This document shows positions 48,830 through 58,058 of a DNA stretch of 64,000 nt, in pieces. The position numbers were made by a program, and so were the translations under genes. The notes under the pieces were generated by a model. It saw only the letters and a list, made by a program, of their open reading frames with translations. It searched no databases and was not told where the DNA came from. The stretch spans positions 681 to 64,680 of the forward strand of contig DATLPF010000053.1 of assembly GCA_035535875.1 (NCBI GenBank), read 5' to 3'. The number at the start of each line of letters is the position of its first letter. Position 1 is the first letter of the stretch. The DNA comes from Propionibacteriaceae bacterium (GTDB taxonomy: Bacteria; Actinomycetota; Actinomycetes; Propionibacteriales; Propionibacteriaceae).

Positions 48830-49240
48830 TCAGAAGCCGTAGGGATTCACGACTTGCAGTCCACAATCATCGAAGTCACGGCTGTTCCTCGTTGCGAGAG
48901 TCGCGCGATGAACCCACGCAATGCTGGCGATGATCGCGTCGGCCACTGAGATTGGTCGGCCTGCAAGCTCGCGCGCGGCGACAAGTTCGCCATAGCGATC
49001 AGCTGCCTTGGCGTCGAAAGTCAGGAGGCGCTCCTCGGTCTCGCTGAACAAAGCATCAGCTTCGTCAGTGAGGCGGCTGCGGCGTCTACCTGCCTGGAGT
49101 CGCGAGAGGCCGTAGCGAATCTCTGCTCGAGTCATGACCGTCGTATAGAGCTCGTGCCGCGGGACGGTTGCAAGCCAGGGGTCGATGTCCGCTCCATTGG
49201 CCATCAGGGCCGCCACGATATTTGTGTCGAGAACGATCAT
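48830..49240 (-). CDS. vapC: VapC/FitB PIN-domain toxin
   Basis: IVLDTN, AEIRYG, DAIIA, ATRN.RDF; ATGA overlap with the antitoxin. Confidence 0.92.
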   Translation of the reverse strand: MIVLDTNIVAALMANGADIDPWLATVPRHELYTTVMTRAEIRYGLSRLQAGRRRSRLTDEADALFSETEERLLTFDAKAADRYGELVAARELAGRPISVADAIIASIAWVHRATLATRNSRDFDDCGLQVVNPYGF

Positions 49241-49482
49241 GAGCCAAACGTGATGGGCCGCTGCATCGCGCTCTTGCGGTCGGGCAGCTCGAGTTGAAGC
49301 CCAGTGCCCGCAAAATGCTGACGAATGCTTGCCACGAGGTCCACCGGTTCGTCCACCGCCTCTACCGCCGCCGCAAGAATCAGTCGCGCCTCGGCCTCCA
49401 TTGAGCGACCATGGCGAGCCGCCCGTCGACGCAGTTTTTCTTTTACTTCGGGATCGAGATCGCGAACCGTGAGCATGCTCAT
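49237..49482 (-). CDS. FitA-like ribbon-helix-helix antitoxin
   Basis: LTVRDLD..VK.KLR.RAARHGRSMEAEAR.IL. Confidence 0.92.
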   Translation of the reverse strand: MSMLTVRDLDPEVKEKLRRRAARHGRSMEAEARLILAAAVEAVDEPVDLVASIRQHFAGTGLQLELPDRKSAMQRPITFGS

Positions 49483-49581
49483 AGCGAATCACCTCTGGGT
49501 GACAAGACTAGTCCACGTGCATTCATTGCATGCATGCTGGTGAGAGCCGCAACCCTTGGGCGACTCCTCGAGTCAGGCGCC

Positions 49582-50511
49582 TCAGTTGGCCCGCTCGAAC
49601 CCATTGAGCAGATAAAGGAGCCCGGCCTCGAACAACTCATCGAGATCCAAGTTGAAGCCGTGCAGCTCAAACGAATCCAAAACGGAGCGAAACGCCGGCA
49701 ACTCCCGATCGGCCAGCACTGCCTCCAGCGCCGGCTTCTGAACATCCATCCACTCGTCCGCGGTCACTCCCGTGTCGGCCTCCGCCGTAGCCTCCATCTC
49801 CAAGCTCGTCGCAAACCCCCGGACGAAGTTGAACAAGATCAAGTGCATGGAAAACGCTGTCGTCGGCTGGAGCCCGCGATCAAGCAACGCTGCAAGCACA
49901 CGCTCGGTGTACGCCAGGCCGCTGGGCACGACCAACGGCCGGGTTAGCGAGTACGCCGGTGCGAGCCAAAGATGCCGGCGGAAGATCTGCCATAGCTCGC
50001 GAGCGGCCTCGGTGAGAAGCTCCTGCCAACCCGCACCAGATCTCGGCGACGGCGCCTGCCACTCGCCGAATGCCGCGTCCACCATGGCAGTGAGCAGGTC
50101 GTCCTTGTCCCGGACGTGGCGGTAGAGCGACATGGTCGCAACGTCAAGCTCCACCGCCACCCGGCGCATCGACAGCGCGCCCAGACCCTCCTTGTCGGCG
50201 ACCGCGATCGCGACTGCCACAATGCTTTCTCTGGTCAACGTTGCTTCGGCGTCGCGAGCCCGGGCGGGGCCTCTCGGCCGCGATGAGCTGGTTCCAGCGA
50301 CCACCGTGCCAACGCCCGGCCGCGCATGGACAAGTCCTTCTTCCTTCAGCGTCGCTAGCACCTTGGAGGCTGTCGCCATGGCAACACCCCAGCGCCGGGT
50401 GATCTCCCTGGTCGAGGGAACCCGTTCGCCGGCCACCAGCTCACCGGACCGGATCTGGCCGCCTATCTCAGCGGCGATTCGGGTAGACACTGGGCCAGCC
50501 AGATCATTCAT
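49582..50511 (-). CDS. GntR-HTH plus TetR fusion transcriptional regulator
   Basis: GERVPSTR...WGVAMATASK...PGVGT, then EGL.ALSMRRVA.EL....MSLYRHV. Confidence 0.92.
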   Translation of the reverse strand: MNDLAGPVSTRIAAEIGGQIRSGELVAGERVPSTREITRRWGVAMATASKVLATLKEEGLVHARPGVGTVVAGTSSSRPRGPARARDAEATLTRESIVAVAIAVADKEGLGALSMRRVAVELDVATMSLYRHVRDKDDLLTAMVDAAFGEWQAPSPRSGAGWQELLTEAARELWQIFRRHLWLAPAYSLTRPLVVPSGLAYTERVLAALLDRGLQPTTAFSMHLILFNFVRGFATSLEMEATAEADTGVTADEWMDVQKPALEAVLADRELPAFRSVLDSFELHGFNLDLDELFEAGLLYLLNGFERAN

Positions 50512-50520
50512 CTGCTCTCC

Positions 50521-50602
50521 TGCACTAGTGCACTAGTTTCGACTTAGGTTACTCGCTGGGGCGAGCCGGAATGGGGCCATCGACGGGCAGCGCACTAGTG
50601 CA
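50521..50602. promoter_or_regulatory. Two GCACTAGTGC palindromes (candidate operators)
   Basis: TGCACTAGTGCA at 50521 and GCACTAGTGCA at 50592 in the divergent intergenic region. Confidence 0.65.
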
Positions 50603-50664
50603 TTCTTCAGATTTGGTCCAACTCCCGCTGGTTTAGAGCATTGCGTACGACGTACTATAGTTCT

Positions 50665-51918
50665 GTGACTACTCATGAAATCCTTGTCTCGGGCGCCGGC
50701 ATAGCAGGTGCGACTGCTGCGTACTGGTTACGCGAAGCTGGCTTCTCGGTTACCGTCGTCGAGCGTGCGCCGGCTCCACGCCCGGGCGGGCAGACTGTTG
50801 ATCTTCGCGGTGCTGGGCGCACTGTGGTGGAGCGGATGGGCTTGCTGGGCCAGATCCGCGCCAGGACCGTGACCCAGCGAGGCATTGCCTGGGTCGACGC
50901 ATTTGGACGGCACCGCGCCGAAATGCCGGTCGACGCTTTCGGTGGACGAGGCATTGTGTCGGCCGACGAAATTCTCCGCGGCGATCTTGGAGCAATCCTC
51001 TATGACGTGAGCCGTCCGGGCGTGAGCTATCTGTTCGACGACACGATCACGGATCTGAAACAGGACACAGACGGCGTGCTGGTCAGTTTCGAGAAGGCTG
51101 ATGCCCGCCGCTTCGATGTGGTGGTCGGGGCCGATGGACTGCAGTCCGCGGTGCGCCGGCTGGGCTTCGGACAACAGCAAACCGCCCTCCATCCGCTAGG
51201 TCTGATCAATGCCTGGTTCACGATTCCCGCCGACGTCGACCTGGCTGACTGGTACCTCATGCACAACGCGCCCGCAGGTCGCGTGGTCTCCATCCGGCCC
51301 GGCAGGCTCCCCGGCGAGCAGAAGGCCGCACTCAGCGTGCGATCGACCGAGGCGTTCGATCGAGGAGACATCGGTTCCCAACTCGAGCTGCTTGAACGCC
51401 ACTTCGCCAATGTCGGTTGGGAGGCGCCGCGATTGCTGCGAGCTGCCCGAACCGCGCCCGACTTCTACCTCGACTCGATGGGACAAGTCCGGCTGGACCG
51501 ATGGTCACGAGGCCGGGTGGTGCTGCTGGGTGATGCCGGCTACTGCCCCAGTCCGCTTACTGGCCTCGGCACCAGCCTCGCCCTGGTGGGCGCATACATC
51601 TTGGCCGGCGAGCTCGCCGCCGCCTCGGCGGACCCAACGGCTGCGACCGAGTTGCAGGCTATGCAAGGCGCCTTCGACCGCTACGAGATCCGGATGCGGC
51701 CGTACGTCGAGCAGAGCCAGGAGCTGCCTCCGGGCGGCGTGGACGGGTACGCCCCGATGGGCAGGCTCCGCATCGTCCTCGGCTGGGCCTCGATGCGCTG
51801 GTCGCAGCGCTGGCCGATGCGACCCATGATGGAGCACGTCTTCAGCAAGGCTGATGCCATCGACCTGCCCGAGTACACGATCACCAAGAGCACCGCCGCG
51901 AAGCCGACTGCCGGATGA
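50665..51918 (+). CDS. FAD-dependent monooxygenase/oxidoreductase
   Basis: SGAGIAG, GGQTVD, VGADG, GDAGYCPSPLTGLG; TACTAT 6 nt before GTG. Confidence 0.92.
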   Translation: MTTHEILVSGAGIAGATAAYWLREAGFSVTVVERAPAPRPGGQTVDLRGAGRTVVERMGLLGQIRARTVTQRGIAWVDAFGRHRAEMPVDAFGGRGIVSADEILRGDLGAILYDVSRPGVSYLFDDTITDLKQDTDGVLVSFEKADARRFDVVVGADGLQSAVRRLGFGQQQTALHPLGLINAWFTIPADVDLADWYLMHNAPAGRVVSIRPGRLPGEQKAALSVRSTEAFDRGDIGSQLELLERHFANVGWEAPRLLRAARTAPDFYLDSMGQVRLDRWSRGRVVLLGDAGYCPSPLTGLGTSLALVGAYILAGELAAASADPTAATELQAMQGAFDRYEIRMRPYVEQSQELPPGGVDGYAPMGRLRIVLGWASMRWSQRWPMRPMMEHVFSKADAIDLPEYTITKSTAAKPTAG

Positions 51919-51931
51919 TGCATCGGGAACA

Positions 51932-53149
51932 TTAGCGCAGCCCACCATCCAGCGGATCGAGGGCGCCCACCGCCTCCAAGATTGCTTCTGGACCCTGACG
52001 CCGCGGCTTGCTAATCGTTTCCCGATACTCGTACTCATACAAGTCGATCGCGTCCAGAGCCTCGGTTGTCAGCTCCTCGGCCACGCCGACCTCGCCATGC
52101 ACGAACCGCACGAAGTCGCGCAGCACGATCGGCATACGCCGCAGATACCGTTGGTCCGCGACGATCTTGCGGGGATACCAGTCGAGCATCAAGATCTCAA
52201 TCGCAGTGGGACTCCAGCGGAGCGGATCTCCATACCCGTAGTCGGCGCGATACCAGATGAGGTTGCCCGCGATCGACCGGTCGTCCTGCTGGTCCAGAGC
52301 CGCCCCGTACGAGCTGGCCAGGAAGCGCTCCGCCAGCGCCTCGCGATCCGCGTCAGACCACTCGGGGCGTATGAAACCTGTCCCGCCCTCCGGTATCTGT
52401 CGCAGGATCCACTCCAGCAATGGCCGGCTGGCCGGCCAGTCCTCGGCCTCCACTGGGGGCCAGGTCCTAGCCCCGACCTCGATCGCGTCGCTGATCCTGG
52501 CGCGTGCATCGGCGGGTGACAGCGCTTCGAGAGCGGTGTGCCGGGTATCGGCGTGCTCACGCCAAACCTCATTGAAGCTTTCGAGCGGCTTGTCGGACAC
52601 GAAGTTGTCCTTGACGAGCATGCCGAGATTGAAGTCGATGAACGTCACAATCGTCAGGTCGTGGCCGGCCAGCCGCGCATGAATGACAATGTCGTATCCG
52701 TCACGGACTGTGTCTGCCACCTGCTCCGCGGCGACAATCTCGACCGTGTTCAGCTGATGCATCCAGGATGGCAGTAGGAAGCTTCGAGGCCCAAGATCAC
52801 GTACGACGCGGGCCCGCAGCACCTCGTCTCCGCTCAGATGGGCCATGGTCCAGGCCAGTGCAGCTGCGGCCGGGGCGCCGCCAGCGAGGAGCGCGGTCAG
52901 CAGGTCGGGCAGTGGCACTTCTTCGCGCTGCGACGAGCGATCAAACGGATCATCGTGGCGCGGATCCACGACGTTGAGCACGGCGCTGGCCGTCTGCAGC
53001 ATTGCCAACGGGTGGTTTGCCGCCAGGGCAACGTCGACCTCGTCGAGCAGATCCCACTCGTCCGCAGCATGCTGTCGCGGGGAGCGGCGGACTGGATGAC
53101 TCGAGCGTCGGGACGAGTGCTTCGATGAGCGGTGCTTCCTTTTGGACAC
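51932..53149 (-). CDS. Conserved hypothetical protein
   Basis: Long ORF with high-GC codon bias; ID.NLG..VKD and GDPLRWSP...DW.PRK motifs; TACCGT 7 nt before GTG at 53149. Confidence 0.75.
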   Translation of the reverse strand: MSKRKHRSSKHSSRRSSHPVRRSPRQHAADEWDLLDEVDVALAANHPLAMLQTASAVLNVVDPRHDDPFDRSSQREEVPLPDLLTALLAGGAPAAAALAWTMAHLSGDEVLRARVVRDLGPRSFLLPSWMHQLNTVEIVAAEQVADTVRDGYDIVIHARLAGHDLTIVTFIDFNLGMLVKDNFVSDKPLESFNEVWREHADTRHTALEALSPADARARISDAIEVGARTWPPVEAEDWPASRPLLEWILRQIPEGGTGFIRPEWSDADREALAERFLASSYGAALDQQDDRSIAGNLIWYRADYGYGDPLRWSPTAIEILMLDWYPRKIVADQRYLRRMPIVLRDFVRFVHGEVGVAEELTTEALDAIDLYEYEYRETISKPRRQGPEAILEAVGALDPLDGGLR

Positions 53150-53265
53150 CCGCCCCACGGTAGTTTGCTCCCTTGCTTCAGGAGTTGCGCCCACCCGAAA
53201 TCCCACAAATCGCGACTGGCCTGCGACGTGAGGAGCGTCCGCCGCCGCCGATACCTCAATATCAG

Positions 53266-53301
53266 GGCGGATCACGCCGCGAGTATGCGGCACAATCCGC
53301 C
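53266..53301. repeat. Hairpin repeat family C, second copy
   Basis: GGCGGATCACGCCGC-GAGTAT-GCGGCACAATCCGCC, matching 6324..6362. Confidence 0.7.
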
Positions 53302-53350
53302 ATTGTGATGGGCTCGGGACGCGCTCATGCCTAAAACGTCCCGCCGGCTC

Positions 53351-53549
53351 AAGGTGATACCCGACCGTGCGAGGACTGAGGAAGAGTTGCCCCGCGATCT
53401 CACGGTTGGTGGCGCCGGTGGCCGCCAGGCGGACGACCTGGAGTTCCTGAGGCGTGAGCCGGCGTGAGCCGGCGGAACCGATCGGCGCTCGTACGCCACG
53501 CGGCGATTTCACTCGCCGCCCGCAGCTCATTGCGCGTACGGTCGGCCTG
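53351..53549 (-). pseudogene. Remnant C-terminus of a LuxR-family regulator
   Basis: ADRTRNELRAA and LTPQELQVVRLAATGATNREIAGQLFLSPRTVGYHL lie in different frames, split by a 10-bp tandem duplication GGCGTGAGCC (53451-53470). Confidence 0.8.
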
Positions 53550-53600
53550 GACGCCCTGCCGCTGGCAGGCACCTCCTCCCGATAGCCATAGCATCAGAGG

Positions 53601-56189
53601 GTGGCGCGACGCCTGCTGGAGCGTGATCAAGAGCTGGCCACCCTCATGGATGCGGCTCGTGAAGCTGCGGCCGGGACCGGGTCGGTTGTGCTGCTGCATG
53701 GCGAGGCCGGCATCGGCAAGAGCAGCCTGGTGTCAGCAATTCGATCGCAGCTGCCCGACGGGACGCGGATGCTGGTCGGCTCCTGTGATGCGCTCAGTAC
53801 ACCTCGGACACTTGGCCCGTTTCGCGACCTGACGGCCGCAGTTGGGCCGCGTCTGGCCCAGGCGCTGCAATCAGGCGAGCGCGATCAGGTCATGGACGCC
53901 CTGCTTGAGGAGTTGCAGGGGCCGCCGCCAAGCACGCTGGTGATCGAGGATGTCCACTGGGCCGACGAGGCTACGGTCGACACCCTGCGCTTCCTGGTAC
54001 GCCGGATCGCTCAGCTGCCAGTCGTCTTGCTACTCACCTACCGCGACGATGAGATCACCCGAGATCACGCCCTGACCCAGCTGCTCGGTGACGCCTCGCA
54101 CGCCGAGCAGGTGCGTCACCTCAGCCCGCAACGACTCACTGAGCCGGCCGTACGCACACTTGTCGCCGGCAGCTCGCTGGACGCTGACGAGATCTACGCC
54201 CTCAGCGACGGAAACCCATACTTCGTCAGCGAGCTGGTCGCCTCGGCCGTGGACTCCAGCGTGCCGCCGACGGTCGTCGATGCCGTACTGGGCCGACTTC
54301 GTCGCCTTGCCCCCGCACATCAGGAGACTGTCGAACTGCTCGCCGTAGTGCCGTCTGCCCTCGACCGTCAGCTTGTCGACGCTCTCGCGAGCGACCGCTC
54401 CGCAATCAGGGCTGCCGAAGAGCGAGGGCTGCTCTCTGTCCACCCCGAGCAGGTTTTGTTTCGTCACGAGCTCACCCGCCGGGCCATCGTGGATGCCCTG
54501 CCAGTGGCGCGGCGCCTAGAGCTCAACGCCCGCGTGCTGGCCGCGCTGGAAGACCTCGGCATCTCCGACGCGGGCCGGCTGGTCCATCACGCCTCCGAGG
54601 CGGGCGACGTCGACGCCCTCGTACGGTATGCGCCAGTGGCGGCCCGGGACGCCGCCACATCTGGTGCCCATCGAGAAGCCGCCGCCCACTACGCACTCGC
54701 GTTGGCGCATGAGGACCGCTTCACACCAGCGGAGCTGGCCGACCTGTTCGAGGAGTGTGCCGTCGAGCGATACACCATCGGGGCTGCCGCTGACGCCGTC
54801 ACTGCTCAACGGCGTGCCGTCGCTTTACGCCGGCAGCTGCAGGACCGCCGCGCGCTCGGGCTCAGCCTGCGCTGGTTGTCCAGGATCATGTGGTTCGACG
54901 GGAAGCGAGCGAGCGCAGACAAGGCAGCTGAAGAAGCCACCGCCATTCTCGGAGAGGTCGGAGATGAAGGCCTGTTCGCGTTCGCGCTGAGCAACCAATC
55001 GCAGCTGGCGATGCTGGCGCACCGCACAGAGGAGGGTGCAGCCCTGGCTCGCCGGGCCATCGCGCTGGCAACGGCTGCGGGTGCCACTCCCGTGCTGTCC
55101 CACGCGCTGACGAATCTCGGTCTCTCCAGGTGGCAGAGCGGGGACCGCGGCGGCCACGAGGATCTGCGGGAAGCCGTGCGCGTTGCGCTATCCATTGATG
55201 ATGTTGAGGACGCATGTCGGGCGTACGTAGGACTGGTCTGGAGTCTGCTTGACGAGTTTCGTCTCGATGAGGCCGAGCCGTTCATGATCGCGGCGTTGGC
55301 GTTGGCCGAACAAGCCGAATTCATCGGCTTTCACGCCTATTTACAGGCATGCCGGGGGCGGCTTGAGCTTGCCCGCAGTCATTGGGAGGCCGCAGTCGCG
55401 GCCGCGGAGCCGCCGTCGAAGTCACAGCCGGCCTCTCGCTGCGCCGCATTGACAGTCCTGGCGACGGTGCGAATCCGGCGTGGCGAGACAGGTGCCACCG
55501 AGCTCCTCGAGGAAGCGCGGCGGCTGGCCGAGCAGATCGATGAGCTGCAGCGGATCGGCCCGGTGGCCGCCGCGCGGTGCGAACAAGCCGCCTTGCGGGG
55601 TGACTCGGCAACGGTCATCGAGATCGCCCAGCCGGTGTTTGCCGAAGCCTTAGGGCTGGGTGATCTGAACCTGCTGGCGGAATTGGCCTACCGATTGCGG
55701 CAGGCCGGGCACGCCATCGATCCACCCGATGTTGATCATCCTTTCGCCTTGCAGGCCCGAGGTGACTGGCAAGCCGCGGCCAGCGCTTGGGAGGAGCGGG
55801 GTTGTCCGTACCACCAGGCCGGGGCGCTGGCCGACAGTCAGGATCCAGCCGCGCTACTCCAAGCGTTGTCGATCTTGGATTCGCTGGGGGCGACCCCTCT
55901 GGCACGACAGGTCAGGGCAGCGCTTCGCCAGCTCAGAGTGCCGAACGTGCCACGCGGGCCGATGGCCGGCACCCGGGAGAATCCCGCCGGCCTCACCGAT
56001 CGGCAACTCGAGGTGCTGCGCCTCCTCGCTGGCGGCTTGACCAATGGAGAGATCGCGACGGAGCTCGTGCTCTCGGTACGCACGGTCGACCGTCACGTCG
56101 CCGAGATTTTGGCCAAGCTGGGTGTGACATCTCGCCGCCAGGCTGCTGCGCAGGCTGAAGCGCTGGGGATTTCAGTACCACGCGGCTAA
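53601..56189 (+). CDS. Large ATP-binding LuxR-family (AAA/STAND) regulator
   Basis: Walker A GEAGIGKS, Walker B IEDVHWAD, GNP.F, C-terminal LT.RQ.EVL.LLA.GLTN.EIA..L.LS.RTV. Confidence 0.95.
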   Translation: MARRLLERDQELATLMDAAREAAAGTGSVVLLHGEAGIGKSSLVSAIRSQLPDGTRMLVGSCDALSTPRTLGPFRDLTAAVGPRLAQALQSGERDQVMDALLEELQGPPPSTLVIEDVHWADEATVDTLRFLVRRIAQLPVVLLLTYRDDEITRDHALTQLLGDASHAEQVRHLSPQRLTEPAVRTLVAGSSLDADEIYALSDGNPYFVSELVASAVDSSVPPTVVDAVLGRLRRLAPAHQETVELLAVVPSALDRQLVDALASDRSAIRAAEERGLLSVHPEQVLFRHELTRRAIVDALPVARRLELNARVLAALEDLGISDAGRLVHHASEAGDVDALVRYAPVAARDAATSGAHREAAAHYALALAHEDRFTPAELADLFEECAVERYTIGAAADAVTAQRRAVALRRQLQDRRALGLSLRWLSRIMWFDGKRASADKAAEEATAILGEVGDEGLFAFALSNQSQLAMLAHRTEEGAALARRAIALATAAGATPVLSHALTNLGLSRWQSGDRGGHEDLREAVRVALSIDDVEDACRAYVGLVWSLLDEFRLDEAEPFMIAALALAEQAEFIGFHAYLQACRGRLELARSHWEAAVAAAEPPSKSQPASRCAALTVLATVRIRRGETGATELLEEARRLAEQIDELQRIGPVAAARCEQAALRGDSATVIEIAQPVFAEALGLGDLNLLAELAYRLRQAGHAIDPPDVDHPFALQARGDWQAAASAWEERGCPYHQAGALADSQDPAALLQALSILDSLGATPLARQVRAALRQLRVPNVPRGPMAGTRENPAGLTDRQLEVLRLLAGGLTNGEIATELVLSVRTVDRHVAEILAKLGVTSRRQAAAQAEALGISVPRG

Positions 56190-56229
56190 CGAACAGTCGG
56201 CGAATTACCCATATGGGCCCAGCCGCAGT

Positions 56230-56268
56230 GCCTCGATCTGGGTAGTCCATCGCCTCGATTTCGGTAGT
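56230..56268 (+). promoter_or_regulatory. 17-bp direct repeats with 22-bp period (candidate LuxR binding sites)
   Basis: GCCTCGATCTGGGTAGT and GCCTCGATTTCGGTAGT upstream of the monooxygenase. Confidence 0.6.
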
Positions 56269-56337
56269 GCTTGCCGATGATCTTGCATGCCCGGGCGCGT
56301 AGAAATTGATCAAGGCAGAGATCCATCGGAGGACATC

Positions 56338-57456
56338 ATGATCATCAACCCAGCTTCCAGGCCAGAAACCGGACGACGCGTACTCATCGCCGGTGCTGGC
56401 ATCGCCGGACTGAGCCTGGCCCGAGCCCTCAAGGACGCCGGTCACGAGCCGGCGGTCATTGAGCGCAGCCAGGATTGGCCGACGACGGCGGACATCGCAC
56501 ACTATCTCCCGGCCAACGCCATACGAGCCCTAGATCAACTTGGTCTCGGAGAGGCGGTCGCCGCGGTTGCTCACCCGATTAGCCGCCAACGGGTCACCGG
56601 AGCTACCGGGCGGACCCTGGTCGATCTTCCGGTGGCGAGCATTTGGGGCGAGGACGCCAGCTGCGCGGCAATCCGTCACAGCAGCCTGCACGAGGTGCTG
56701 CGTGCGGCAACCTCGGACCTTTCCATCCGCCTCGGAACCACGATCGCCGCCCGTCTCCGCGATGGCGAAATCAAGCTCAGCGACGGGTCGGTTCAGCCTT
56801 ACGACGTGTTGGTCGGCGCCGACGGCGTTGACTCCGTGGTGCGCACCGCCGGCATTGGTGGTGGCGATTCGAGGCCGACTGGCCGCTGGTGCTGGCGTTT
56901 CATCGCCGAAGGCTGGGATGGCGAGGGCGACACGTGGCACGCTCGACTGGCCTCAGGTCGCAGCCTGCTCACCATTCCGCTCGGCGAAGGAGCCGTCTAC
57001 TGCTATGCCGAAATCGCGAGCGGGAACGGCCGACCGCCGGCCGACTGGCGCGACTACTTCGACGGCTTCGGAGAGCCGATCAGCGACCTGCTGGATCAGG
57101 CCTGCCCGGCATACGGCACCCCGATCACCGAAGTTGATCAGCCGTACGCGTTCCTCGGTCGGACCGTGTTGATCGGCGACGCCGCGCATGCGATGTCGCA
57201 GTCGATGGCCCAGGGTGTTGCACTTGCTCTGGAGGACGTACTGGTGCTCACCGAGACGCTTAGCAGTCTTCCGGTCAGAGAGGCGCTTCCCGCGTACGAG
57301 CAACGGCGGGCTCCGCGGATTGCCTGGGTTCGCGCGCAAAACCATCGCCGCGACAGCGCTGGAGGCCTGACGCCGGCAGTACGGGACAGCGTGCTACGGC
57401 TAACGGGGCGCCGATTGGTGCTGGCCCGGCAACGAGCTCTGCTCGCCATCCCGTGA
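56338..57456 (+). CDS. FAD-dependent monooxygenase (group A aromatic hydroxylase-like)
   Basis: GAGIAG, VGADG..S.VR, IGDAAH; GGAGG RBS. Confidence 0.88.
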   Translation: MIINPASRPETGRRVLIAGAGIAGLSLARALKDAGHEPAVIERSQDWPTTADIAHYLPANAIRALDQLGLGEAVAAVAHPISRQRVTGATGRTLVDLPVASIWGEDASCAAIRHSSLHEVLRAATSDLSIRLGTTIAARLRDGEIKLSDGSVQPYDVLVGADGVDSVVRTAGIGGGDSRPTGRWCWRFIAEGWDGEGDTWHARLASGRSLLTIPLGEGAVYCYAEIASGNGRPPADWRDYFDGFGEPISDLLDQACPAYGTPITEVDQPYAFLGRTVLIGDAAHAMSQSMAQGVALALEDVLVLTETLSSLPVREALPAYEQRRAPRIAWVRAQNHRRDSAGGLTPAVRDSVLRLTGRRLVLARQRALLAIP

Positions 57457-57537
57457 CGCGAGCGGCAGTGGCCCAGACTTCTCGCTCCTCGTAGGTGCTT
57501 GACGCGGGCCCAGAGGCTTGGATTGACTTGCCGCCAA

Positions 57538-58056
57538 ATGACCACCAATGAAGGCCGCCCCGCGGCGCCCAAGGTGGCACGTGAACGCGACCCACTTGGG
57601 ATGATCAACGGCGAGGGTGTGATCACGGGCACCGTGGTGTCCGCTGCAGTCATCGCTGCGGCAGCTGGGCATCTGGAAGAGACGCGGATCGTTCTCGCCA
57701 TTCTGGGCACCGCGTTCATCTACTGGTTGGCGCACCTCCACGCTCGGACCCTCGGTGAGGCCGTCAAACACCGCACCCATCCCATGGACGCACTGAAAGA
57801 GGCGCTCGCAGAGACGTGGCCCATCCTCGCGGCGGCCCTTGTGCCCGCCGCCATCTTGCTGGTCACCCAGCTCGTTGGGGTCCAGATCCGTACCGGTGCC
57901 TGGATTGCCGTGATCGCCAGCACCGTGTTGTTGACCGTCTACAGCTTCCTGGCGGGCCGTCGCGGCGGCCTCGGCCTCGGAGGCAGCCTGATAAGCGCAG
58001 CGATCGGCGCGGGGCTCGGACTCTTGGTCGTCGGGCTAAAAGCTAGCCTGCACTGA
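57538..58056 (+). CDS. Hypothetical membrane protein
   Basis: About five hydrophobic helices, YWLAH motif. Confidence 0.8.
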   Translation: MTTNEGRPAAPKVARERDPLGMINGEGVITGTVVSAAVIAAAAGHLEETRIVLAILGTAFIYWLAHLHARTLGEAVKHRTHPMDALKEALAETWPILAAALVPAAILLVTQLVGVQIRTGAWIAVIASTVLLTVYSFLAGRRGGLGLGGSLISAAIGAGLGLLVVGLKASLH

Positions 58057-58058
58057 CG

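Noticed and set aside
51932-53572. 546-aa LuxR-hypothetical fusion ORF
   Set aside because: The junction crosses a hairpin repeat and non-coding-like sequence; better explained as a relic plus a separate gene starting at 53149.
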